A stretch of 64,000 bases of DNA from an uncultured delta proteobacterium (GTDB taxonomy: Bacteria > Desulfobacterota > Desulfobacteria > Desulfobacterales > JAHEIW01). The stretch covers positions 32,001 to 96,000 of the forward strand of contig CAVPNL010000009.1 of NCBI GenBank assembly GCA_963706575.1, read 5' to 3'. Of this stretch, positions 49,523 through 57,667 are shown piece after piece. How positions within the stretch are numbered: the first letter of the stretch is position 1; the number at the start of each line of letters is the position of its first letter. Below the pieces are notes generated by a model. It made no database searches. It was given only the letters and a program-made list of their open reading frames with translations, and had not been told where the DNA came from. The position numbers were made by a program, and so were the translations under genes.

Positions 49523-49927
49523 TTGGCGTTACAGCTGGTAAAAGACAGGCGTTGCTTTGTCTGTGGTGTGGAAAACCCTCACGGGCTAAAAGTAAAGATT
49601 GTGTATGATGGTGTCGATCGGGTCGAGGCGGAATTTATAGCCGAAGATCGCTATCGGGGCTGGTCCGACTATCTTCATGGCGGGGTTTTAACTCTCATTT
49701 TTGATGAAATGCTGGGATGGCTGTCACGCTATATGGGGCATGATGCCATGACCGCCAGACTGGAGGTGCGTTACCGCAAGCCAGTACCGTTGGGCAGCCG
49801 GCTGACATTTAACGGTGTTTTGGAAAGAGAGATAAAAGGGCTGCTGGATATCAAGCTGGAAGCCAAACTGGATGATGGATCCGTGGTGGCGGAAGGAAAA
49901 GGCCGGATGATGATCATTGAAGATTAA
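49523..49927 (+). CDS. PaaI-family (hotdog fold) thioesterase
   Basis: CFVCG.ENP.GL, HGG....FDE, T..L.VRYRKPVP; GGAGG SD before TTG. Confidence 0.9.
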   Translation: MALQLVKDRRCFVCGVENPHGLKVKIVYDGVDRVEAEFIAEDRYRGWSDYLHGGVLTLIFDEMLGWLSRYMGHDAMTARLEVRYRKPVPLGSRLTFNGVLEREIKGLLDIKLEAKLDDGSVVAEGKGRMMIIED

Positions 49928-49960
49928 CTGGACGACTGCCTGCCTGAATTCCGATCCAAT

Positions 49961-50087
49961 TAGAACCCATCTCAAAAATAGGATTTTGGTTCAAGATTCC
50001 GTCTTCGCCTAAAGGCTTCGCAGGGACACGCGCGTTGAGGCACCAACAAAGATATTAGGCCAAAAGACATTTTTGAGATGGGTTCTA
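49961..50087. mobile_element. MITE-like element, 127 bp, 18-bp perfect TIRs beginning and ending in TA
   Basis: TAGAACCCATCTCAAAAA ... TTTTTGAGATGGGTTCTA; no ORF. Confidence 0.8.
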
Positions 50088-50258
50088 TTGAATATCATCT
50101 ACCGTGTAGGTTCCCCATTGGCCGATCTTGACGATGCCGTCTTCCTCCAGGCCCTCTTGAATCGATTGAAAAACCGCATCGACGGCTTTGGCGGCAGTCT
50201 TTTTGGGGAGATCGCCCAGTTTTTCGGCGACTCTTTTCACCAATTCTGTTTTATTCAT
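50085..50258 (-). CDS. Short HU/IHF-family protein lacking the DNA-binding arm (57 aa; not in the ORF track), possibly truncated
   Basis: Manual translation MNKTELVKRVAEKLGDLPKKTAAKAVDAVFQSIQEGLEEDGIVKIGQWGTYTVDDIQ*; purine-rich SD (GAGGG) upstream. Confidence 0.8.
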   Translation of the reverse strand: MNKTELVKRVAEKLGDLPKKTAAKAVDAVFQSIQEGLEEDGIVKIGQWGTYTVDDIQ

Positions 50259-50270
50259 TCCTACCCTCTT

Positions 50271-50699
50271 TTATTTCCATCCAATGACTTTGTACCCCTT
50301 ATCCCGCAGGCACTGCTCCACAAAACGGCGCTCGATCTCATCGGGATCGCCCGATTTCATGGCGCCGCGTGCCAGGCCTCCCGCACCGCCGCCGGCTGCT
50401 CCGGCGGCTAATCCGCGACCGGGGCGTCCGGTGACCAGCCCCACAGCGCCTCCAACCGCAGCACCCACTGCAGCGCCTTTTGCAGTTGAACCGGCCACCT
50501 TTTTGCCTTGATCGGTCGCATGGCCGTAGTCGGCAGCCAGCTGGATGCAGTCATTAATATCGGCCTCCGCCGCAGATTTGCCCACAGCCTGGTAGGTTGG
50601 ATTGGGGTAGAGAACCGGGCGCTTTTTGGCACAGGCCGACATCAAAACCGCGGTGCCAAGCAGGAATATGACGATTGCATATCTTTTTTTCATGATCAA
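50271..50699 (-). CDS. Glycine-zipper lipoprotein
   Basis: Lipobox LMSA-C, GAAVGAAVGGAVG zipper, C-terminal CLRDKGY. Confidence 0.85.
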   Translation of the reverse strand: MIMKKRYAIVIFLLGTAVLMSACAKKRPVLYPNPTYQAVGKSAAEADINDCIQLAADYGHATDQGKKVAGSTAKGAAVGAAVGGAVGLVTGRPGRGLAAGAAGGGAGGLARGAMKSGDPDEIERRFVEQCLRDKGYKVIGWK

Positions 50700-50867
50700 T
50701 TACCTTGATTATCATACCTAAAAAAAGCGTTTGGCGATAGTTAATTTTTTATAAACATCATCTCGGGTGGGAACCGGATCATTTGCTGTCATTGGATGCA
50801 TTTATTCTTACAGACGCGTCACAATGTTACTTTTGTCTACAAATTTTTATGACTTACTGAATGTATA

Positions 50868-51236
50868 TCAGGCATTTGGCCGGGGCCCGGCTTCATCATT
50901 CTGTTCAAGCCCCGAGCTTTCGGGATCGGGTTTGCCTGTGGACGCATCCCGTACGGAAGGATCAACGAACACGTCCCACAGCTGCTGGTGGCGAGATCCC
51001 TGGCGGATTCTTTCATGGATGAAGTAAAAGAGATAAGCCAGAAACAGTCCGAGAAAAATAAAAAAAGAGACAATCAAAAGGGATTCGACTAGGGTTGCCA
51101 TTGCAGTGCTGAAATTTTCGCTTTTGGCCATGCGGTAGACCACCGTGAAAATAAACACCAGCAACGCCGAGACAAATAGAATTGTGTGCAAGGGGTTAAT
51201 TATGCGCCCCTGCCGGTTTTGAACCTGCCGCGTCAT
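50868..51236 (-). CDS. Hypothetical 2-TM membrane protein
   Basis: Two hydrophobic helices; AAGGGG SD before ATG 51236. Confidence 0.6.
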   Translation of the reverse strand: MTRQVQNRQGRIINPLHTILFVSALLVFIFTVVYRMAKSENFSTAMATLVESLLIVSFFIFLGLFLAYLFYFIHERIRQGSRHQQLWDVFVDPSVRDASTGKPDPESSGLEQNDEAGPRPNA

Positions 51237-51396
51237 TTTTTTCCCCTTTTCCCCCTCTGGCCTTAGATTAAAGTATATCGAAAATCGGCTCAAATGGCAA
51301 TTTTTTCTGCTAAGCATTCATCAGAATTATCTTGACAAATATGGCAATAAGGTTCAAACATAAGCATATTAATAGTCATATTATAGATATATATAA

Positions 51397-52059
51397 ATGA
51401 TTTCAATAGGTTCAAGAAATAATTTGCTTTACGTCGATATTTTCGAAACCATCCGGGACCGAATCGTGTTTGGTCATTATCCGCCTGGAATGAATCTGTC
51501 GGAGAAGGATCTTTGCCGGGAGTTCAATGTCAGTCGCACCCCGTTGAGAGAGGCCATTCAAAAACTGGTAGACTTGAAGCTGGTTACCGTTATCCCGCGC
51601 TTCGGTACCCATGTGACACCGATTGATATCCAGGAAATTCGCAGTGCGTTTGAGGTCAAAATAAAGCTCGAAGGGCTGGCCGGCGAGCTGGCAGCCGTGC
51701 GCATCGGGCCCGATCAGCTGGAAGTGCTGGATGGGCTCATAAAAGAAGCTGCTCGTGGTAATCAAAAGAGCGAAGACCGCCGGCACCATCGCCTGATCGA
51801 AATTGATAGCCGCTTTCATACCATCATTCATCAGGCGACCCGGAATCCGATTCTGCAGGAATTTCTGAATAATCTTCATTACCGCTGTGCCAGACTCTGG
51901 AATTCGTCTTTGAATGATGTGGTCCCCAATGAGGAAATTATTGACCAGCTGCAAAGCGTTTGCAATGCGCTCAGGCGAAAGGACCCGGAAAGTGCCCGCA
52001 AGCATATGGAGCGGCATGTTCAATATTTTATTGACGAAATTAAAATGCGACTTTTGTAA
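51397..52059 (+). CDS. GntR family transcriptional regulator (FCD domain)
   Basis: LSE..L..EF.VSRTP.REA winged HTH; D..FH..I..A..N..L and M..H FCD motifs. Confidence 0.95.
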   Translation: MISIGSRNNLLYVDIFETIRDRIVFGHYPPGMNLSEKDLCREFNVSRTPLREAIQKLVDLKLVTVIPRFGTHVTPIDIQEIRSAFEVKIKLEGLAGELAAVRIGPDQLEVLDGLIKEAARGNQKSEDRRHHRLIEIDSRFHTIIHQATRNPILQEFLNNLHYRCARLWNSSLNDVVPNEEIIDQLQSVCNALRRKDPESARKHMERHVQYFIDEIKMRLL

Positions 52060-52090
52060 TTCAAGCCAAGACAATTTTTAGGAGGAAATC

Positions 52091-52501
52091 ATGGAAGTTT
52101 TAAACTGGAAAGATAAAGAAGACGTTGAAATCAAGACATTCCCTTACCGGGGCCAGCAACACGATGTCAAAGGCATCAGCATTCGCTGGCTCTCACAACA
52201 CGGTGATGATGGCACGGGCTATCCCGAGTACGGTCTGCGGTTTTTCACAGCTCAGCCCGGCGGTGAAATCCCGATTCACAATCATTTTTATTACCAGACC
52301 ATGTACATCTTGAGCGGCCAGTTCGAATGCTATCAGTATGATCCGCAAACTGATGAAGTGGTTAAAAAAGTGGTGTGCGGGCCCGGGGATTTCATTTATG
52401 TTCCCAGCCTGGAACCCCACGGCATGAAAAACATCAGCGACACGGAAACGGCAACCTTTTTGTGCTGTATCGCCAACGTCTATGATCAGGAAGACGTATA
52501 A
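52091..52501 (+). CDS. Cupin domain protein
   Basis: PGGEIP.H.H, GPGDFIYVP..EPH..KN, FLC. Confidence 0.88.
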   Translation: MEVLNWKDKEDVEIKTFPYRGQQHDVKGISIRWLSQHGDDGTGYPEYGLRFFTAQPGGEIPIHNHFYYQTMYILSGQFECYQYDPQTDEVVKKVVCGPGDFIYVPSLEPHGMKNISDTETATFLCCIANVYDQEDV

Positions 52502-52513
52502 CCGGAGGATATC

Positions 52514-53677
52514 ATGAAAATTGCGAAGAGATTGGAAACATTCGAAGCCTATCTGGGCACCGCAATGAATGTGATCCTTACGCGCATGAAAGACGAGGGC
52601 AAGGATGTGATTAACCTGGGGCTGGGAGATCCCGACGTCCAGCCGCCGGACGAACAGCGCCAGGCCCTGGCAGATGCCTGTATGGATGTGGATCATCACC
52701 ATTATCCCAGCTTTTATTCACCGATGCCTTTTAAGGAAGCTATCGCCGGATGGTACCAGCGACACTTTGAGGTCCAGTGTGATCCGGAAACCGAGGTGCT
52801 GGCACTACTGGGCTCAGCCGATGGTCTTTTTCACATTCACACCTGTCTGCTTGATCATGGCGACATCGCCCTGGTGCCGGATCCATGTTATCCGGCCTAT
52901 GTCGCCGGGGTAAAAATTGCCGGAGGTGTTATTGAAACGGTGCCGCTTAAAAAGGAAAACGGGTTCATGCCGGATCTGGCTGCCATCAGGCCGGAAGTGG
53001 CCCATAAAGCCAAAATGATATGGGTGAATTACCCCAACAATCCCACCACGGCCGTGGCAACCGAAGAATTTTATCAAAACCTGATCGATTGGGCCCACAA
53101 GTACGATGTGGCCGTCATTTCCGATAATCCCTATTCGGAGGTGTGTTTCGAGGATTACCGCGCCCCCAGTTTTTTGCAATTTGACGGTGCCAAGGAGGTC
53201 GGAATTGAATTCAATTCATTGTCCAAGGCGTATAATGCCTGTGGTTGGCGCACCGGTATGATGCTGGGAAACCAAGACATCATCGCGGGCATGGCCAAAA
53301 TCAAATCCCATTCCGACCGGGGCATGTTTTATCCGCTTCAGGTGGCCGCTACCGAAGCGCTAAACGGTCCCACCGATTTTATGGCTGAGCGCAATCGCAT
53401 GTACCGGAAACGGCGGGACGTGGTTGTCAATGGCCTGCTCGACATGGGACTGGATTTGCAGATTCCTCAGGCCACTTTTTATGTCTGGGCCGATATTCCC
53501 AAAGGCTTCAAAGATTCAAAGGAATTTTGTTTTAAGGTGCTGGATGAAATTGCGGTCTGGATGATTCCCGGCTCGATGTACGGTACATACGGCGAAGGTT
53601 TTTTCCGTATTGCCCTGACCCATCCGGCCGAGCGGCTGGCCGAAGCCATGGAGCGGTTGGGGAAGTTTCTTACTTAA
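52514..53677 (+). CDS. PLP-dependent aminotransferase class I/II (LL-DAP-aminotransferase-like)
   Basis: NLGLGDPD, NYPNNPT, DNPY, SLSK.YN..GWR.G, ATFYVW, GEGFFRIAL. Confidence 0.93.
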   Translation: MKIAKRLETFEAYLGTAMNVILTRMKDEGKDVINLGLGDPDVQPPDEQRQALADACMDVDHHHYPSFYSPMPFKEAIAGWYQRHFEVQCDPETEVLALLGSADGLFHIHTCLLDHGDIALVPDPCYPAYVAGVKIAGGVIETVPLKKENGFMPDLAAIRPEVAHKAKMIWVNYPNNPTTAVATEEFYQNLIDWAHKYDVAVISDNPYSEVCFEDYRAPSFLQFDGAKEVGIEFNSLSKAYNACGWRTGMMLGNQDIIAGMAKIKSHSDRGMFYPLQVAATEALNGPTDFMAERNRMYRKRRDVVVNGLLDMGLDLQIPQATFYVWADIPKGFKDSKEFCFKVLDEIAVWMIPGSMYGTYGEGFFRIALTHPAERLAEAMERLGKFLT

Positions 53678-53708
53678 TAAGGAATTACATCCATTTTAAT
53701 TTATTACG

Positions 53709-53859
53709 CACGCAAAGGCGCAAAGCTGCTAAGGCGCAAAGAATTTTGATTTACGGTTATGCAGAAAGCCCAAGTTAAGCTCTTTCAACCACGAAGAGCA
53801 CGAAGGACACGAAAAGGGATTTTAAATTTATTCTATCCTACCTTCGTGATCTTCGTGGT
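53709..53859. repeat. Two adjacent tandem-repeat elements: CGCAAAGG half element and CACGAAG/CTTCGTG palindrome
   Basis: cacgcaaaggcgcaaagctgctaaggcgcaaag (53709-53741); aaccacgaagagcacgaaggacacgaa ... cttcgtgatcttcgtggt (53787-53859). Confidence 0.8.
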
Positions 53860-53890
53860 GAGATAACTATCGGAGGTATTCAACTGGAGA

Positions 53891-55939
53891 TCAAGCCATG
53901 TGCTGCAATACAATCGCAGTTCGGTTGGGAAGATACAGGCTTAAGTGATGTTGGTCGGGATGACCGTTTTTTTCAGGCAAGGTTAGATGCTTCTGATCGG
54001 CCGTGAGGCGGTCGTGGCCACCGTATCGAGCAGCGTCGCTGGTCAGCAGCATGCGATAGGTTCCCGGCGGGGCTTCAAAGCGATAATCGTTGTAAGATTG
54101 TGCAGGGTGGAAATTAAAGGCAAACAACAGACCGGCGCGTGCAAACACGATCAGCTTGTTATCGGAATGCTCATACACAAGGTGCAGGTCGGTGGTATCC
54201 AGCAGGCGGTGTGTTTTGGCCATGGCAATCATTTCCCGATCAAAGCGGGCCAGAAACTGATATTTTAAGTTGTCATCGTCGACCAGGTGCCACTGCCGGC
54301 GGGCATAATGATAGGACCAGTTGTTGCCCTCCCGCGGAAAATCGATCCATTCCGGGTGCCCGAATTCATTCCCCATAAAATTCAAGTAACCGTTACCGGC
54401 GCTTGCCAGGGTGATCAGCCGGATCATTTTCTGCAGGGCCAGGCCGCGGTCCACTTTGATATTTTGCGAATCAATATGCATATGGTCATACATATCGGCG
54501 CCGATCAATCGGAAAATAATGGATTGATCCCCCACCAGCGCCTGGTCATGGGATTCGGCATAACTGATGGTTTTTTCATCATGGCGCCGATTGGTAAGCT
54601 CATGCCGCAGCTGGTCGAGGGGCCAATGTTCATCGGCCACATCCTTGGTCAGCTTGATCCAGAAATCCGGAACTCCCATGGCAAAGCGGAAATCAAATCC
54701 GAAGCCGCCGTTATCAGCCGCCACCGCCAACCCCGGCATGCCGCTGACATCTTCGGCGATGGTCAGCGCATCCGGTCGCACGGCATGGATGACTTCGTTG
54801 GCCAGCGCCAGATAGGTTAAGGCCTCCTCGTCCACGCTGGCATCAAAATAATCGTCATAAGAGGTAAACGCCTTGTCAAAACCGTGGTGCCGGTAGAGCA
54901 TGCTGGTGATGCCGTCGAAGCGAAAGCCGTCCAGTTGATATTCGTCGAGCCAGAAGCGGCAGTTGGAAAGTAAAAAATGCAGGACCTGATACTTGCCGTA
55001 ATCAAAACAGCGCGAATCCCACAGTTCATGGCGCCCGCGGGTCCCGTCGTGAAAATACTGATACAGGGTGCCGTCAAACCGGCTGAGGCCTTCAACCTCG
55101 TTTGAGACCGCATGGGAGTGAATCAGATCGATAATGACGGCCAGTCCGGCGTTGTGGGCTTCATCGATTAACGCTTTTAGATCTTGCGGTGTGCCGAAGC
55201 GGGATGAAGCCGCAAAAAAACTGGACACCTGATAACCGAAGGATCCGTAATAGGGATGTTCCGGGATGGCCATGATCTGCAGGGTATTGTAGCCGGAAGC
55301 TTTCACCCGGGGAAGAATGTTGGCCCTAAACTCCTGATAGGAACCGATTTTGCCCTCCTGCTGGGCCATGCCGATGTGAACCTCATAAATAAGGGGCGCC
55401 TCGACCGGCCGCTGAAAAGTTTTACACTGCCAGCGATACGGAGAATCCGGCCGCCAGACCTGGGCATTGAATATCAGCGATTCCGGATCCTGCACCACGC
55501 GCCGCGCATAGGCCGGGATGCGATCGCCCATGCCGCCGGGCCAGTGGATGCGCAGGCGGTAAAGATCCCTGTGATCAAGGGTGTCTGCCGCAAGACGTAG
55601 TTCCCAGATGCCGTCTTCAAGCGCTTTTAAGGCAAAGGCATCTTTTTCCCGCCAGCCGGTCATATCGCCAATCAGAAAAATCGCCGTTGCGTTAGGTGCC
55701 CACTCGCGAAAAACCCATTGATCGTTTTCAAAATGCAAGCCAAAATACTCATGTCCGGACGCAAAGTCCGCCAGGGATTCGAATTGCCGGGTCAGCCGCT
55801 GTCGGGTTTCAGCAATTTTCAACAGGCGTCGGCCGATAATGTCTTTATAAGGCGCTAAATACGGGTCGCTTTTCATCAGACGCTGAAGCGCCAGATTAAT
55901 CTGATTTTGCGGGATACCATCTGATTTATTCGATGTCAT
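53891..55939 (-). CDS. glgB: 1,4-alpha-glucan branching enzyme (GH13, eukaryote/Bacteroidota-like subtype)
   Basis: FREWAPNA, IYEVH.G, YGSFGYQV, GFRFDGITSM, AEDVSG, YAESHDQALVGD, NEFGHPEWIDFPR. Start 55939 or later. Confidence 0.95.
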   Translation of the reverse strand: MTSNKSDGIPQNQINLALQRLMKSDPYLAPYKDIIGRRLLKIAETRQRLTRQFESLADFASGHEYFGLHFENDQWVFREWAPNATAIFLIGDMTGWREKDAFALKALEDGIWELRLAADTLDHRDLYRLRIHWPGGMGDRIPAYARRVVQDPESLIFNAQVWRPDSPYRWQCKTFQRPVEAPLIYEVHIGMAQQEGKIGSYQEFRANILPRVKASGYNTLQIMAIPEHPYYGSFGYQVSSFFAASSRFGTPQDLKALIDEAHNAGLAVIIDLIHSHAVSNEVEGLSRFDGTLYQYFHDGTRGRHELWDSRCFDYGKYQVLHFLLSNCRFWLDEYQLDGFRFDGITSMLYRHHGFDKAFTSYDDYFDASVDEEALTYLALANEVIHAVRPDALTIAEDVSGMPGLAVAADNGGFGFDFRFAMGVPDFWIKLTKDVADEHWPLDQLRHELTNRRHDEKTISYAESHDQALVGDQSIIFRLIGADMYDHMHIDSQNIKVDRGLALQKMIRLITLASAGNGYLNFMGNEFGHPEWIDFPREGNNWSYHYARRQWHLVDDDNLKYQFLARFDREMIAMAKTHRLLDTTDLHLVYEHSDNKLIVFARAGLLFAFNFHPAQSYNDYRFEAPPGTYRMLLTSDAARYGGHDRLTADQKHLTLPEKNGHPDQHHLSLYLPNRTAIVLQHMA

Positions 55940-57512
55940 TTTCTTCAATCGGGCGGGTCGGTTGTCCGGCCTTCGCTTTTGCTTCTGGATTGGGTATATT
56001 TTCAACGATCAACCGGCGTTTGAGCATCCGTTCGTAAAGCGCAATATATTGGCGCGCAGTATTGGCGTGGGTAAAGGTTTCGGCACTTTCTTTCATAATT
56101 CGCCTGATTTGTTGATTTTTAGTGGTTTTCGGCAGGTTGTAAAAATTCATGGCCTGCTTGATGGCCCAAAAAAGACCGTTGGAATCGAAGTTTTTAAACA
56201 GGAAGCCGTTTCCCTGATCCCGGGTCAGATCCAGATTAACGATGGTGTCGTGTATGCCGCCGGTGTCGTGGGCAACCGGCAGGGCGCCGTAAATGGGCGC
56301 GATCATCTGGGGCAGCCCGCAAGGCTCAAAACGGGAAGGCATCAATATAAAATCGGCAGCACCGTATGCCAGATGCTCCAAACGAAAATCAAAATCGCAA
56401 ATGGCGACGCGATTTTCAGCACCGTGAAAGGTGATAATGTCTTTGAAGACCCTCTGGTAATTCCCATTGGCGACAAAGATGATTTGCAAATTTTGTTTCC
56501 AATAGGTTGAAAGGACCTTGTATAAAATATCTGCCAGCAAATGGCAGCCTTTTTGAACCGGATCCAGGCGCGAAGGCCAAAAAAACACAGGGGCGGCCTC
56601 ATCCCCAATAAGGCCTAATTTTTTTTGGATAAAGGTTTTATTGGCTTTTTTGCCGGATACAAAATCTTTGGGGCTGTATTTTTGTATCAATTCCCTGTCT
56701 GTGGCGGGGTCAAACGAAGGATCGGGCGCATTGAGGATTCCCGCGGCGCAGTCGGCCTTTACTTTATTTGCCAGTTCCTGTTTCAGGGGCGGATAGACAA
56801 AATCATGCTGGCCGTTAATGATTTCCGCTAAAAAGTTGGGGCTGACCACATTGACAAAATGGGCGGCAAAAACCCCGCTGGTCAGCAGATCCACGGGGTT
56901 GGCCTCCCGGGCCGCTTCATAATGATTGGCCATATTCTCAAAATATAAATTTTGCCAGAAATAGGCGGCATCGATTCCGCGATCCTCAATGAATGCAAGG
57001 GTTGTTTTTACGGTATGCACATTATGGACGGTGAATAAACAGGGGATGCCCATTTGGCGGGCCATGGCCGGAATTAAGCCGGTCATCCAGTCATTGCAGT
57101 GGATCAGGTCGGGCTGAACATGGGGGATGATATTGTTGATGACCTCGCGCTGAAACGCCAGCGCCAGTTTGATATTTTCGGTACCATAGTCGGAATAGAC
57201 CCGATTGACATAGTAAAACGCACGGTCTTCTGCCAGATGAATGCGATCATCGGGCATTCTTCTCCGAATCTTTTGGAATTCTTCCTTTAAGACCGGTGCC
57301 AGACCGTCGCTGAAAATAGCCCGATAATCCGGGATGGCCACGTGCACATCGGCACCCTGCTCAAATAAGGCGGTAACCAGGGCCGCCGACACATCGGCCA
57401 GCCCGCCGGCTTTGGCCGTAAAATAGGAAGCCAGCCCGCCCATGCGGTCCGGCAGGTAGGTTACTTCCGGGGTCACCACAAGCACCCGCGGGTTGCAGGG
57501 AGCTTCACTCAT
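55926..57512 (-). CDS. glgA: Glycogen/starch synthase (GT5)
   Basis: KAGGLADV, IHCNDW, FTVHN, SRL...QKG, MPSRFEPCGL.QM, TGGIHDT. Confidence 0.95.
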   Translation of the reverse strand: MSEAPCNPRVLVVTPEVTYLPDRMGGLASYFTAKAGGLADVSAALVTALFEQGADVHVAIPDYRAIFSDGLAPVLKEEFQKIRRRMPDDRIHLAEDRAFYYVNRVYSDYGTENIKLALAFQREVINNIIPHVQPDLIHCNDWMTGLIPAMARQMGIPCLFTVHNVHTVKTTLAFIEDRGIDAAYFWQNLYFENMANHYEAAREANPVDLLTSGVFAAHFVNVVSPNFLAEIINGQHDFVYPPLKQELANKVKADCAAGILNAPDPSFDPATDRELIQKYSPKDFVSGKKANKTFIQKKLGLIGDEAAPVFFWPSRLDPVQKGCHLLADILYKVLSTYWKQNLQIIFVANGNYQRVFKDIITFHGAENRVAICDFDFRLEHLAYGAADFILMPSRFEPCGLPQMIAPIYGALPVAHDTGGIHDTIVNLDLTRDQGNGFLFKNFDSNGLFWAIKQAMNFYNLPKTTKNQQIRRIMKESAETFTHANTARQYIALYERMLKRRLIVENIPNPEAKAKAGQPTRPIEENDIE

Positions 57513-57571
57513 GCGTTTTGTCTTTCTTGAAGCGCTTAAAAACAACCGCTTTTTATTTATTTTGACCGGTA

Positions 57572-57660
57572 GTTATTGGCAATCCGTTATTTGTTATTTA
57601 AACAAGAGCATTTGCAAATCGTATTTCCCCACAATAACGATTAACAAATAACGAATAACG
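57572..57660. repeat. Palindromic element with 7-bp tandem-repeat arms (GTTATTY / AATAACR)
   Basis: cgttatttgttatt ... aataacgattaacaaataacgaataacg between glgP and glgA. Confidence 0.75.
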
Positions 57661-57667
57661 ACATGGG

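Noticed and set aside
51412..52074. 220-aa antisense ORF over the GntR gene
   Set aside because: Shadow of a well-supported gene with no recognisable motifs.
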